DNA of 64,000 bases from Chrysemys picta bellii (GCF_011386835.1 NC_088793.1:197594001-197658000); one strand, 5' to 3'. Numbered from the stretch's first letter, positions 22,749 to 35,901 are shown. Notes: a model not told the origin generated them from the letters alone. Numbers and translations are program-made.

Positions 22749-23942
22749 CACTTCTGTAAAGTAGACGCAACTTGGGTTTCCCAAGTCAAGAGACTCCTAA
22801 CAGTCTGTTCTAGTTGGTGAGGTGTCCGTTTGCTAGCTCCCCGAGAGTAACGAGTCCTCCCTCTTTCCTCTCCCTGCCCAGGCTCTGAGAGAAGAGGAGA
22901 CTGAAGACCACTGCTCCTCTCACCTTGAAGGCTTCAGCTTCTTCTCCAAGGATAAAAACAGGCACAAACAGCTCCTAGAGCAGTAAAATGGCTCCTTTCC
23001 CCTCTGCTCTCCTGGAACTCCACAGTGAGTTGGGAAATGAAAACTGAAAAGAGACAGGCACATAGAATAACCCCATTGCCTTCAGATTATGCCCTCAGTT
23101 TACCTCACTGAATGAGGTTGCAGAGGTATTGCTGAAGGCTTGATCTGGAGACTAGGAGGTTGCATTTGAGGATGGCTGACTTAGCTTTTACAACCTCTTC
23201 TGCTGGTGACATGAAATGCAGGAGCCCACCTTGATGCTCAGTCTCAAGGGCAGTTTGCAAGGCTGGCAATTTGAAAAAAACATCTTTTCACTTTCAAACT
23301 GAGCAAATTTGAGATGGAAATCAGTGCATATGAAACCACACTGTCATTTTCACAGAGTAACTTCTCAGGGTAATACCACACTTCTAAAATGCAGGAAACT
23401 GCATCAGTTATCCCCAACTTTCCTCTGGGAGGGACCTCCACTGCAAACACCTAGTACATGCCTATTCTTTGTCTGGCAGGGAGCCTTCTGGGAAACAAAA
23501 TCCTTTTAGTATCAAAATTCATTAAAATTTCTATTACAGAGCATCAGTATTAGGCTCCCATTGTGCTAGGTACTGTACAGACACATATAAAGACAAAGTT
23601 CCTCCTCCTAAGAGTTTGTAATCCAAGAAACTCCTTTCAGATACGTTTCTTCTCTTGACCTAGTTCTCTTCTCCAAGCTGTCTCCTGTCACCACAAGAAA
23701 AGGCATGCAAAGCCTCTTCACTTCAAGGCATGGAAGCTATAATGACCACCAAAATGGTTCCCTTCTGAGTTCCCTTCTTCTTTAGGTGTACTTATATGAC
23801 TAATCATAGCTGACTTTAGGAAGCAGCGTCTATCACTTGTTCTTCATCAGATGGCAAACTATTGATGCTTGAGGTGATAAAAGAGTTGTTAACACAAATA
23901 AAGACCCTGAGCTGCTAGAGTCCTTGCATGGAGATACTCTGG

Positions 23943-25368
23943 ATTTTATGGCTGACTTAGAACAACGCTCTCGTCCCCTAACACCCCTACTCTACTTGCG
24001 CTACATTGATGACATTATCATCATCTGGACCCATGGAAAACAAGCCCTTGAGGAATTCCACCATGATTTCAACAATTTCCATCTCATCATCAACCTCAGC
24101 CTAGAACAACCCACACAAGCAGTCCATTTTCTGGACACTACTGTGCTAATAAGCGATGGTCACATAAACACCACCCTATACCAGAAACCTACTGACCGCT
24201 ATACTTACTTACATACCTCCAGCTTCATCCAGAACACACCACATGATCCATTGTCTACAGCCAAGCTCTAAGATACAACCGCATTTGCTCCAATCCTTCA
24301 GACAGAGACAAACACCTACAAGATCTCTATCAAGCGTTCTTAAAACTGCAATACCCACCTGCTGAAGTGAAAAAACAGATTGACAGAGCCAGAAGAGTAC
24401 TCAGAAGTCACCTACTAGAGGACAGGCCCAACAAAGAAAATAACAGAACGCCACTAGCCGTCACCTTCAGCCCCCAACTAAAACCTCTCCAGCGCATCAT
24501 CAAAGATCTACAACCTATCCTGAAAGATGATCCCTCACTCTCACAGATCTTGAGAGATAGACAAGTCTTTGCTTACAGACAGCCCCCCAACCTGAAGCAA
24601 ATATTCACCAGCAACCACACAACAAAAACACTAACCCAGGAACCTATCCTTGCAACAAAGTCCGATGCCAACTCTGTCCACCTATCTATTCAAGTGACAC
24701 CATCATAGGACCTAATCACATCAGCCATGCCATCAGGGGCTTGTTCACCTGCACATCTACCAATGTGAAATATGCCATCATGTGCCAGGAATGCCTCTCT
24801 GCCATGATCATTGGCCAGACCGGACAGTCTCTACGCAAAAGAATAAATGAACACAAATCTGACATCAGGAATCATAACATTTAAAAAACAGTAGGAGAAT
24901 TCTTCAACCTCTCTGGTCACTCAGTAACAGACTTAAAGAACAGAAAAGCTTCAAAACCAGACTCCAACGAGAAACTGCTGAACTTGACTTAATATGCAAA
25001 CTAGATACCATTAATTTAGGCTTGAATAGAGACTGGGAATGGCTGAGTCATTACACAGATTGAATCTATTTCCCCATGTTAAGTATCCTCACACCTCTTG
25101 TCAACTGTCTGAAATGGGTCATCTTGATTATCACTACAAAAGTTTTTTTTTTCCTGCTGATAATAGCTCATCTTAATTAATTAGCCTCTTAGAGTTGGTA
25201 GGGCTACTTCCACCTTTTCATGTTCTCTGTATGTGTTTATATATCTCCTTACTATATGTTCCATTCTATATGCATCTAAAGAAGTGGGCTGTAGCCCATG
25301 AAAGCTTATGCTCAAATAAATGTGTTAGTCTCTAAGGTGCCACAAGTACTCCTGTTCTTTTTGTGGAT
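23943..25368 (+). mobile_element. 5'-truncated Penelope-like element (RT C-half, GIY-YIG endonuclease, 3' terminal repeat)
   Basis: FMADLEQ..PLLYLRYIDDIIIIWTHG..LYQKPTDRY; CTSTNVKYAIMCQEC.SAMIIGQTGQSLRKRINEHKSDIRNH (GIY-YIG-like). Carries frameshifts and stops. Confidence 0.93.
25272..25311 (+). ncRNA. Degenerate minimal hammerhead ribozyme motif in the PLE terminal repeat
   Basis: gcat-CTAAAGA-agtgggc-tgta-gcccat-GAAA-gctt-atgc. Stems I and II and GAAA are present, but the core deviates from CUGANGA. Confidence 0.6.
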
Positions 25369-28060
25369 TTACAGTGTAAGTGTGATCAGAATTTGGTTCC
25401 TTCTGGGCCAGATTCTCATCTGGTGTAAATTGGCATTGTTCCATTGGCGATGCTGGCCCAGGGAAACTTTGGACAGCATAGTAGCAGTAACAAGTGCAAA
25501 TTGCTACCAAAGGGCAGGTTTACTAAAACAATAATGGATGGGATAATATACAGCAGGACTATTGTTGACACTGCTCTAGTTGTTTATGTTCTTCCACAAG
25601 AAAATTTCAACCACTCTGAAAAGTGGAATTTGGCAAAGGGAATGCTGCTGAAGGCCCGATAAGTGATTCTGATTCTACACTGTGTTGTGAATCTCAGTAC
25701 AAAAATAATAGAGTTTCTCATGGGGACATAGAGAACACAGGTGAAAATGAAACTGCTGTACATGGGCAAGCACCAGGTTTCTTTTTGCCATCACACCTCT
25801 TGGATATAAGGTGACCATTTTTAGTGACCAACGGGATTCCATCCTAGGACACTGCTATCCTATAATCTTTGGTTGCTCATTCAACAATGTCATTTTGACA
25901 ATATTGTAACACAATTACCAGTTATTTTACAGTAGCATGTGTGACACACACAAGCCAGCCTGTTGTAATCAAAGTACAATGCGGTCTTCTCTTTTATGTT
26001 TTTTTTTTTTTTTTTTTACAATAAATGTTTAATCTCCTTCTTTTTAGCATATGTACAACATGCCTCAGGTGACACGTGACCAGGATTCATCACCAAATTT
26101 GGTCTGCTAGTTGGATCATTAGCTTCCCCGGCCCAGGTCAGGTACTGACAGGGAATGCAACGTGAACGATGATTCTTTGCCCCCAGTGTATAATAATACT
26201 GTTGCAATAACATTCATAAGGTGCAGTTAATTTTTCTAACTGAATTTTAATCTGAGTTATCTGTATTAAATGTTTTTATGCATCCTGCATGTATTAAGTG
26301 GCAACTCATTTATTTATTTATTTATTTATTTATTATTTGTATGCCTGTAGTGCCTAAGAGCCCGAGCCATGGGCCCGGACCCCATTGTGCTAGGAGCTAT
26401 GTATACACAGAACAAAAAGAGCTCACAATGTAAGACGTATAGAAGTTTCAAAAATCTATCTTAATCTTTTCTCTTTATAAATACGTTGCAGCTACAGTTC
26501 TTTTATACAGCATCTATGAGAATCACTTGGGTATTCCAGTGTGTAACAAGTATTTTCTAAGTGAGAAATTTATGGTAAGTCCACTGGTATCTGTTAATAT
26601 AAAAGAGCCTTATTTTGGACTGGCATATAGGCTGCTTAATTGCATGTTGTGATGGTCTTGAAGCTCTGTTGATAAGTGTATGCAGAGTCTACTGTACTAG
26701 AACCTAGAATAATTTAAGCCTTATTCTCAGAATAGGGAGCCAGTGTGATTGCCTGACAAGAGGGCTGATAGGAACTGTGGAAGGTGGTGAAAAGTTAATG
26801 TTAGTGTGTGTGTTTCTTTCTTTCTTAGAATTACTGGGAATACCACCACTTTACCAAATCAGCTCCCCAGCCATTTGTGTCAGGTCCCTTGCTTTCCCCT
26901 GGCTGGTCCAGTGTTGGTGTCTTATCTTCCAGTTTAAACCTCTACTCTGGTTTCTAGGCTTCCATTGCTTGATTCAGTTTCTCATGGCTGGTTGTTCCAG
27001 TCTGAATTTTCCTCCAGGCTAGTAGATCCTCAAATGAACATAGGTTCTCTAGGCCCTACTCTCTCAACTCACCCGTATTCCTCTCCTGCTCCCAAGACAC
27101 TGTTGTTTGTCTTTGAGCTCAAAGTTTCTTTAAAACTCTCTGGGGTGAATCCTGGCTCCACTGAAATTTTTGACAAAGCTCCCATTGACTTCAGTGGGGG
27201 CAGGATTTCACCCTAAATCTCTTTGTAGATTATTGGAGAATGAAAAGCATACATCTGGATTCTCATGGGCTATGGATGGTGGTGACCTCTGCTCTGGTAA
27301 GCATTGAGCAAGACTGGGTTGAGATAGATGGCTAAAGTTTTCCCTGCCTGTTCTATTGTTTCCCCACAGCCCTTTTGCTTTTCAGCTCATCATCACCTCT
27401 TATCACAGAATACCTGCCTTTGGAATGTAGTGCCTGTTTGTTTCCCACCTCCTTCCCTCTTCTCCCCACAAACCAGGGACAGGAGACAGAATGGCTGATT
27501 AACTGCTAACTGGAACCTCTTAGCTGCAAGCTATAAATGCACAACCAAGGTTCTTCTCTACAAAATAATCTTCCCCCGAAGGCAACAAAACTCTTGTTAT
27601 GATGCATGGTTTTCTTGAATAACAATCAGAATCTTTTTCAAATAATTTGTCAACTTGTGGCATCCATTTTCCTGCTTTTCTTTTATCTAAGACCCCATAT
27701 ATGCAGCCGCAAGTTGGGCCTAAAGACAGTGGCAAGGTCCCTGGATTCTGCACAGTATCTAATGAGACAGACTGGAAATTCCCTGGAATTTTTATGTATA
27801 CATGCTATCGTTTGGAAATCAAGAGCACAATCTAGTACAGTATCCCCTGTGTTATTTATTTTTTTATACTAAACTCTGTTTATACACTCCCCCATTTTCA
27901 GTTTCAATATTCTACAAATTTTGTATTGACAATGTGGAACTGCATTGTGGAATTTGCCATGGGACAGCTGAGGCGTCGGGGAGGCAATGTGGGATTGTGT
28001 ATTCAGCCTCACAATACAGACGATCGGGTGTGTGTATGTGTGAATTGCAGCACACATTAT

Positions 28061-28327
28061 GGCCTTGGCTACACTCACCGCGACAGCGCTGTGAAGCGCG
28101 AGTGTAGTCGCGCCGCCAGCGTTGCGAGAGAGCTCTCGCAGCGCTGTATGTACTCCACCTCTCCAAGGGGAATAGCTTGCAGCGCTGCGAGGGAGCGTGC
28201 AGCGTTGCAGGCTCTGATTACACAGGCACTTTACAGCGCTGTACTCGCTGCACTCGGGGGGGGGGCGTTTTCACACCCCTGAGCGCAGCAAGTTGCAGCG
28301 CTGTACAGCGCCAGTGTAGCCAAGGCC
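28061..28327. mobile_element. Harbinger-type MITE
   Basis: TIRs ggccttggctacact / agtgtagccaaggcc. Repeated cagcgctg motifs. Confidence 0.85.
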
Positions 28328-28444
28328 TAAGTAATGCACTGTATCTGCTCCTTGTAGATCCTGCTGGCAGGAACAGGACTATGTTAATGTTAACTAGGCA
28401 GCCTTTAGTATGTGCTAGCAGGGTCTTCCCTGGGCAGTTACAGT

Positions 28445-28822
28445 GTATGTCTACACAGCACAGCTACACTGCTGCAGCTGTAGTGTAGATGCTTCATATG
28501 TTGACAGAAGGGGTTTTTCCACCTCTGCAAGAGGTGGTAGCTAAGTCAATGAAATAATTTGCAAGCCTGTGTGATGTAGCTAAGGGGTATGTCTACACTA
28601 GAAAAGCTACAGCGGAAGCACTGTAGTGGACACACTTAGTATAGTAACAGAAGGGGTTCATCTGTTCTTCAGTGAGGGAAGGTAGCAAATCCACTTCTCC
28701 AAGAAGTGTTATGTCTACCCCAGAGCTTAGGCCAGCTTTACTACATTGTTCAGGGGTGTGAATTTTTCACATCCCTGAGCAACATAGCGAGGTCCACCTG
28801 AATTTTGTAGTGTAGGCCAGCC
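28445..28822. mobile_element. Cluster of degenerate GTCTACAC-type MITEs
   Basis: Several gtatgtctacac starts and gtgtag.. ends with shared internal motifs (gacagaagggg). Confidence 0.55.
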
Positions 28823-28911
28823 CTAGGTCACTTTAACATTTGGGGCAGATCAGGCCTTAATGCATGCTGCAGCTCACACCTCTCTAGTCTATCCTGTGGG
28901 GACATATAGCT

Positions 28912-29625
28912 TAGGGTTACCATACGTCCGGATTTTCCCGGACATGTCCGGCTTTTTGGGCTCCAAATCCCCGTCTGGGGGGAAATCCCCAAAAGCCGGA
29001 CATGTCCGGGAAAATCGGACATGCGGTGCCGGGCCGGGGACTTGGGGGGCCTGGCCGGCGGTGCCGGGGCTCGGCCGGCGGTGCTTGTGGGGGCCCGGTC
29101 CCGGGCCGGGCTGGGGGCTCGGGGGGCCTGGCCGGCGGTGCCGGGCCAGGCCGGGGGCTCGGGGGCTCGGCCGGCGGCTCGGGGGCCGGGTGCCGGGCCG
29201 GGGGTCGGGGGCTCGGCCGGCGGTGCTCGGGGGGGCCCGGTGCCGGGCCGGGGGCTCGGCCGGCGGCTCGGGTGCCGGGTGCCGGGCCGGGGGCTCGGGG
29301 GCTCGGCCGGCGGTGCTCGGGGGGGCCCGGTGCCGTGCCGTGCCGGGCCGGGGGCTCGGCCGGCGGCTTGGGGGCTCGGGTGCCGGGGGCTCGGGTTCCG
29401 GGTCGGGGGCTCGGCCGGCGGTGCCGGGGGCCGGGGGTGGGCCGCGCCTCCTCCCCCCACACTCCCCCTTACCTGCTTCAGGCTTCCCGCGACTCAAATG
29501 TTCGCGGGAAGCAGGGGAGGGGGCGGAGACTTTGGGGAGGGGGCGGAGTTGGGGCGGGGCTGGGGGCGGGGCTGGGGCCCCTTTAAAGTGTCCTCCTTTC
29601 GGAGGCACTAAATATGGTAACCCTA
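28912..29625. mobile_element. Young non-autonomous hAT element with an internal GC-rich tandem array
   Basis: TIRs tagggttaccata / tatggtaacccta. Perfect 8-bp TSD ATATAGCT at 28904-28911 and 29626-29633. Confidence 0.93.
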
Positions 29626-30059
29626 ATATAGCTGATACCTAAGTTCCATTGACTTTTGATGAGAATGGGGCCTTGTCACTGGAAAGTTTTGCCGCTTTAA
29701 CTATACAAGTGTAGTAAAAGCGGCAAAACCTAACTATTTCAATATAGTTAAAGCTGTACAACCCCTTTATGTACATACAGTTATACTAATATAAAAGGGT
29801 ATCCACACTAGAGCTGTTACCACTTTGTCTCAGAAAAATATCCCACCCCTAATCAACATCATTATAGTAGTAAAACTGTCAAGTGTAGACCAGCTTTGAG
29901 GTCCTGGAGTACCTACACCACTCTTGAAAATGGGACTTAGGGCATGTCTACATTTACAATGCTGCAGTTTCTTAGAGATCTCATGGGACATCCCGGTGCA
30001 TATAAACAAAGTTCTCAGGGGCTAAATGTGTGAGGGAATGAGAAGCAGATAGCAACTCC

Positions 30060-30945
30060 ACCTCTGTTGGCTATTTCACTACCTCTACTAGTATGATTAA
30101 AAAGGAGTAAATGAACAGATGTGTCCCCGCAATATCAAAGCAAACTGCATACTTACCAGAGGTTTCTTCTGCATCAGGCTCACCCGAGCTGGACTGGCTT
30201 GACTGCTGTGTGGAAAACAGGTCCTGGCTCACTGCACCACTGGATACCCTGGTTGCCTTTCCCCCATACTCCTCCTCCTCTTCCTCATCCAACACCTCCT
30301 CCTGACTGTTCACACCGGGGGCCTGTGACGCTGTGACTCCTCCAAAGTATCCACCAGGCTCTTGGGGTGGTGTTGAGGTCTCTGCTGAGGATGGCATGCA
30401 GCTCTTTGTAAAAGCAGCATGTTTGCACTCCGCACCAGAGTGAGTGTTGGCTTCCCTTGCCCTCTGGATGCCTGCCCCAGCTCCTTGGCTTTCACACAGC
30501 ACTCCTGTGTAGCCCTTCTTCTCCCCCATGCCCCAAGTGATCTGCTCATAGATATCAACATTTCTGTGGCTGGATCGGAGCTGTGCCTGCACAGCCTTTT
30601 CTCTCCTCAGACCCAGGGGATCCACCACCTCCTGTGAACTCCAGGCAGGAGCGCGTCTTTAGCCTCTAGCCGGCATAGTCAGCTGGGCAGTTGCCAGGTG
30701 AGCTCTCCACGCCCAGCAAATGGGAAATAGAATTTCAAAAATTTGTGGGGATTTAGAGGGGAGGGGCACATACGTCTGTACCTGGCTGCCAGGCAGCAGA
30801 GTTCAAAATGGTGACCAGAGCAGTCACAGTAGGGCATTGTGGGACATCTCCTGGAGGCCTCTAAAGTCGATGTAAGTAACGCAGTGTCTACACTGACACT
30901 GTGTCGACTTAAGTGCATCGACCTAAGTGCTACGCCATTGTCAGA
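30060..30945 (-). mobile_element. Harbinger element fragment encoding a degenerate Myb/SANT-like protein
   Basis: RRAPAWSSQEVVDPLGL..EKAVQAQLRSSHRNVDIYEQI..GM.EKGY..ECCVKAKEL followed by an acidic DEEEEEE tract. This is the typical Harbinger second ORF. Confidence 0.85.
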
Positions 30946-31534
30946 GACTGGATACTGGACTAGGTGGACTTTGGGTCAGATTCTGTCTGGCAATTACTAT
31001 ATTTCATCTAGAAATGTTTGAACAACACTTAGGTTTAGTGAAAGGGTTATAAAACACATATGTTTGTTATGATGCAGATGAAAATCTATAATATAAAGAA
31101 ATTCTTTCTTATGTAGTGTAGAATTATGTTCAATGAGTTCACATTGGTTACACAGTAGTTTGGCGTGCAATAGTGAAATGTCCAATAGGAATAGGCAGAG
31201 TTACTTGTGCAGGTTAAGGTACAAACTATTTAAACTGGCATATATTTCCATTGTCTTCATATTTATTTGTTATATATCACCTAGATCTTCATTTCGCTTT
31301 GGTTGGATTGGAGACAGAAGATCCGATTTGCAATTCTCTTACACCATAGTCTGACTCCAGATAAGTCAATGGCCTTGCATGGGCATAAAATTGTATAAGA
31401 GAATGGAGATTTGACATAGAGTGTTTCTGTTAATAGCAAGAGAGTCTGTTGTTCTTTCCCTGAAAAACAGTTCTTAGTATCAGTAAATATTAATATGAAT
31501 AATTAGTAATACAATTAGGAAAAAATTCTTACCT

Positions 31535-31670
31535 GCCTTGTAAGCTCCTTGGGATACGAACTGTCTCTTTTTGAGGTATTTGTTCAATGCCTAGCATGAC
31601 AGGGTCCTAGTTTATGATTCGTGGCCCTAGGCACTACCATAATACAAATAATAATAAATAATAATAGCAG
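31535..31670 (+). mobile_element. L2/MIR-type 3' end
   Basis: ttgtaagctccttggg..ctgtctcttttt..tgcctagca..gggtcc..taggcactaccataatacaaataataataa tail. Confidence 0.6.
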
Positions 31671-34631
31671 TGAACAGTGCTAGACTCCCCAGATGGAGTC
31701 ACAGTCTATATATATATATTAGGGACCACTTGACATTTGTCTTCAAATGGGTACTGAGCTGAGTAAAGCAATGCAGCAACAGAGTAACAGAGCCTTGGCT
31801 GGAATAGGTGTGCCAGAAGAGGCCCCTGTAGAGATGCAGCATAAGCCAGCAGAAGTGCTTCTGCCAGCAGACCTACCACCTCCCCAGATGGTGCTCTTCT
31901 GTCAGCATTGTTGCATCTGTAGTGCGGGTTTGCCGGCATAGCTATGTCAGCTATAGATATGCCAGCAAAACTTTGTAGTGTAGACCAGGCTTCAGCATCT
32001 GGATCCTTTAATTCAACACTTTCCAGATTCTCAGAAAAATGTTTTCTCCTACCCTATTTTAAGCATCCAAGTTAGAAAACAAACTGGTTACTCTGATCAA
32101 CAGTTAGAGAAGTATTGAGAGTAGGGCTTGGAATGGAAGTGTAAATTCAACCTTATCTATATAGAGTCATGACCAAAGCCTTCATTAATATGGTTGGGGA
32201 AATTGGTGCAGGTGTAAACACCTCTTTAATTCAAAGCAGATGTCCTATCTGCGGTGTCCCCCCTCCACATCGTGTTATGACAACAACTGCAAGTTATAAA
32301 TAAAATGTAATGGGAAAAGTGCTTTCTGAACCCTGTGTCCTTCCTGGTGAGCTTATGAAGTTGACTAACAATTGGTAACCTTTTTTCCTTTTCATTACTA
32401 ACATCCTGACCATCCTGCTGCAATAAGGATCGAATACCAAGGTTATTACTTGGGCCAAGTTCTTATTGGAGTCAATGGGAATATTGCCTGAGTAAGGAGT
32501 GAGTAAACACTGAGTGGAAAATTTGGCTCTAAATGGTCAAATATACATGTAAGTGCATCACGCATTGCTGTAACCACTGTTCAGTCTTTACAGTTATTTG
32601 GTATTCAGCTGAACACTAAATATCAGACATTCCTATTTATAAAGTAATTGTGTTAAAATGAAGGAAGAGTCTCTTTTTCATATTGACCAACCTGATACAG
32701 CCTCTCACTGTTTGGTTTCCCCTCTTTAGGAAGAGTTAAACGCTGTCAGGCAGTTTTGTGGGAATTAAATCCACTATGCAGGCGGTGGAAAGGATTACTG
32801 GCCCAAGAAAAAGAAAGTTTGTGGTTGGGCCCGTTATAAAAGGAAATTCTTTTCAGTGATTTACAAATAAATTCACTTCCACGCGGGCACGATCAGACCC
32901 TTGTTTAGGAAGATTTTCTCTTTTACTGTATATGGAGAAATGAAAGGGATCTTTGTTAAACAAGAAAAAGCCTGAAATGGAAAGGGCTTGAGGGAGAGGG
33001 AGGAGGAGAGAATTAACCCTCTTTTGACTATTGGTGCCCGAATTCAAGTAGCACCTTTAACAGATCCACAGGGGGTTACATCTGTAAAATGCTACAACTG
33101 GTTAAGTCATTGGATTTAACTACAGGATGCTGCGTTTTAACTGTTACAGACAGGAAAAAGTTCCAGTGACACCTGCTTTACACAACAAATGGTACACAAG
33201 TGATGAAACTCATTTCAAAGGGTCTGTTTGTTTGGATTGAAATGGGGTGTGAGTATTTAGGGCTCGATCCTGCTCCCATTCCATTCGATGGAAAACCCAC
33301 TATCATTGCCTTGAAAGGTGCAGAATCGAGCCCTTAAGCAAGAAAGGCAGTTGGCTCGTGCTGATGTTTGTTACTAAAGATTCTGCAATAACTGAGGCTA
33401 TAGAATACTTCTGAAGTGTTTCATTTGCAAGCCAGATGTTTGAAATATGAAGAGTCACACTTGTAAAACTTAGAACAACATGAGGAACGTTTAGTGAAAA
33501 ACAATTGGGAGTACAAGAAAAGGGTGTAACTTTCTGAAGAGTGCTAAGAACCACAGTGTTTTGGTTTTTAAATGCAATTCTTCATTTCTTTGATTCAAGT
33601 CTAGTTCCTTTTAGAAAATTCTTCCTGTCTAAAGCAATTTCCATTTTGGGGGGAAACACAAACAAAAAATTTGCTGAAATTATGTTGTTTGAAATTCAAC
33701 CCCCAAAAAGTTTAGCAAGGGGAAAGCCATTGAATAAAACTGTAAATGTCTGTGATGGAAGCTGGTGCATTCAGCTGCCTTTATTATTTCGAGCAGGGCA
33801 TTCTGCTGTATCCTCAGTGCCCTTAAGGTTCCTCACTGCCAATGGTTTCTTCAAGCTACCCTGATTAGATACTGAAGCAAACACTTCTTAAATGTCTATA
33901 TGTTAAAACAAGTTCATATATAAATTATGTTTCAAAGGAATATGAGCGTGTGTGTATATATGTACACCCTTCCCAAATGATATTTTGTGCTTTGAGAAGA
34001 TTACAACTCCTTCTATACCTACCCAACAATGCCACTCTTCACTGTGTGGAGGGTGAGGTTGTGAAGAATGGTTCTGGAGCTCAGTTCTGCCAGTTGGCAG
34101 AAAAAAGCATCACACTCAAGCATTCTGGCGGATCTTTGCTTCAAGGGGAGCAGAACGCTGTCTACCAGTTATTTTACTTTGATTTTGTGTCAGGGTTTCC
34201 AGATCCACACTCCTGCCAAATAACAGGCCAAATTCTGTCTTCAGATGCATACCTCTAATCCCCATTAAACTGGGGTAGGGTTTGGCCCATACTCAGTTTT
34301 TAACTCAGACATATGATCATTTATGGGTCTACACTGATACCTATGTGTGGCTGAATGAAGATGGGAACAAGGGAGGGCAGTTAGGGAATTCAGATTCTCC
34401 TGAGTGTTGCCAATTTTTGTGACTTTATTTTGAAGCTCACAATTTGGGGTATTGCCTCAGCTCCGGGAATCATGTGATTATGCCAGAATCTCAGCCTTCA
34501 CTTTTTAAAAAAATTACATTTCTAGCCCTTATGAATGTAGAAAAAAGCTTAAAAATATGATCCCTAAAGGTTCCAAAACCAGTAGGAAAATAATTTCCCC
34601 AAATCTCATGATTTTTGGACCCCTGATTCAT

Positions 34632-34862
34632 GATTTTAGTATGCAGTAAGAACAGTGTTGTTGTAGCTATGTTGGTTCTGGAATATTAGACAAGGTGGGT
34701 AGGGTGACCAGATGTCCCGATTGACATTAGGGGCTTTGTTGTGTATAAGCAACTATAAGGGAAAAAAAAGTGTCCTGATTTTTCACACTTGCTTTCTGGT
34801 CACCCTAGGTGCGTGTGGAAGTTGGTCCAATAAAAGATATTGCCTCATTCACCTTATCTCTC
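34632..34862. mobile_element. Second copy of the fold-back element family, interrupted by a hAT MITE (34700-34807)
   Basis: Left part is the reverse complement of the 5784-5820 tail plus the arm start (gtgttgttgtagc..gttggt..ggaatattagacaaggtggg). Right part is gaagttggtccaataaaagatattgcctc..accttatctctc. The insert has tagggtgaccaga/tctggtcacccta TIRs. Confidence 0.8.
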
Positions 34863-35689
34863 ATGATTTTAGAGCACTTGAGATTGGTGCTACCAGATTC
34901 AGCCCTGACCTGGCAATGAAGTTGAAGAGGCCTGTGAGCAGAATCTAGGGTAGTTCTCTGGGTTCATGCAGGTGTGATGCAAGGATGGGGCTATATGCAG
35001 CTGGATAGGATTCATAGCCTTAACGCCTCACTGTCTCCTGGAACTGCAGGTTCTTAACAGCTTATGCAACGTATGTATAGCCAAGCCATACAATAACATT
35101 TGAATGACAAAAGCCCCAATTATAATGCACACATGCAAGGATGGGTAAAGGCTGGACTGGAGACAATCACTCTGAATTTCCTGCTTTTTGTAAGTTAAAA
35201 GTTTCACTCTTTAAGTTCCATTAGCAAAGGGTTTTGGTTTTGATTTTAGTGTTAGTGTAACATCCATTTGCTGAATTGGTTTGCTATTATTATAGTCCCA
35301 GGTGGCTACTAAGGGCTCGTCTACACACAATTTTTATACCACTTTACCTATATCAGTTTGAAACTAGTATATTTAAAGCCATACAATCCCCAAAGCGGAT
35401 GCAGTTATACTAGTAGAAAAGTGCTTATATCAGTATAATTTATTCCCATACATTTAGGGGAATAAGCTATGCTGGGATAAGACACCTTTATACTGGTATT
35501 ACTGTATCCACACTAGGGGCTGTACCAATTTAATCATTTCTGTAAAAAATCAAATAGTTAAACAGGTACAAAACTGTGTGGAAACTACTTGTAAGAGGTA
35601 AAATGGCTAGAAAGGATGGCCACAATTGGCTTCATAATACAATTGTGTTTTGTGGTATTAGATTCCAAGAGACCAATTGCATGTATTAA

Positions 35690-35895
35690 AGATTTGGTGA
35701 ATGTGTAGTGATGTGCCAACATTTGCAGATGACACAAAATTATTTAGGTTAATCAAGACTGGAGAAGACTGTGAATGAACTCAAGAGACCTAATAAAGCT
35801 AAGTGAATGGATAACATGATGGCACGAGAAATTCAGGGTAGACAATACTTAAAAGAATCTTATTTTGGAAGGAGTAATATGAAGTACTCATATGC
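35690..35895 (+). mobile_element. CR1 RT fragment
   Basis: FADDTKLFRLIKTGEDC..QRDLIKLSEW motif. Confidence 0.8.
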
Positions 35896-35901
35896 ATTGT
35901 T

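Noticed and set aside
28828-29642. Six overlapping ORFs of 180-260 aa
   Set aside because: All derive from the GC-rich tandem array inside a TSD-flanked hAT element.
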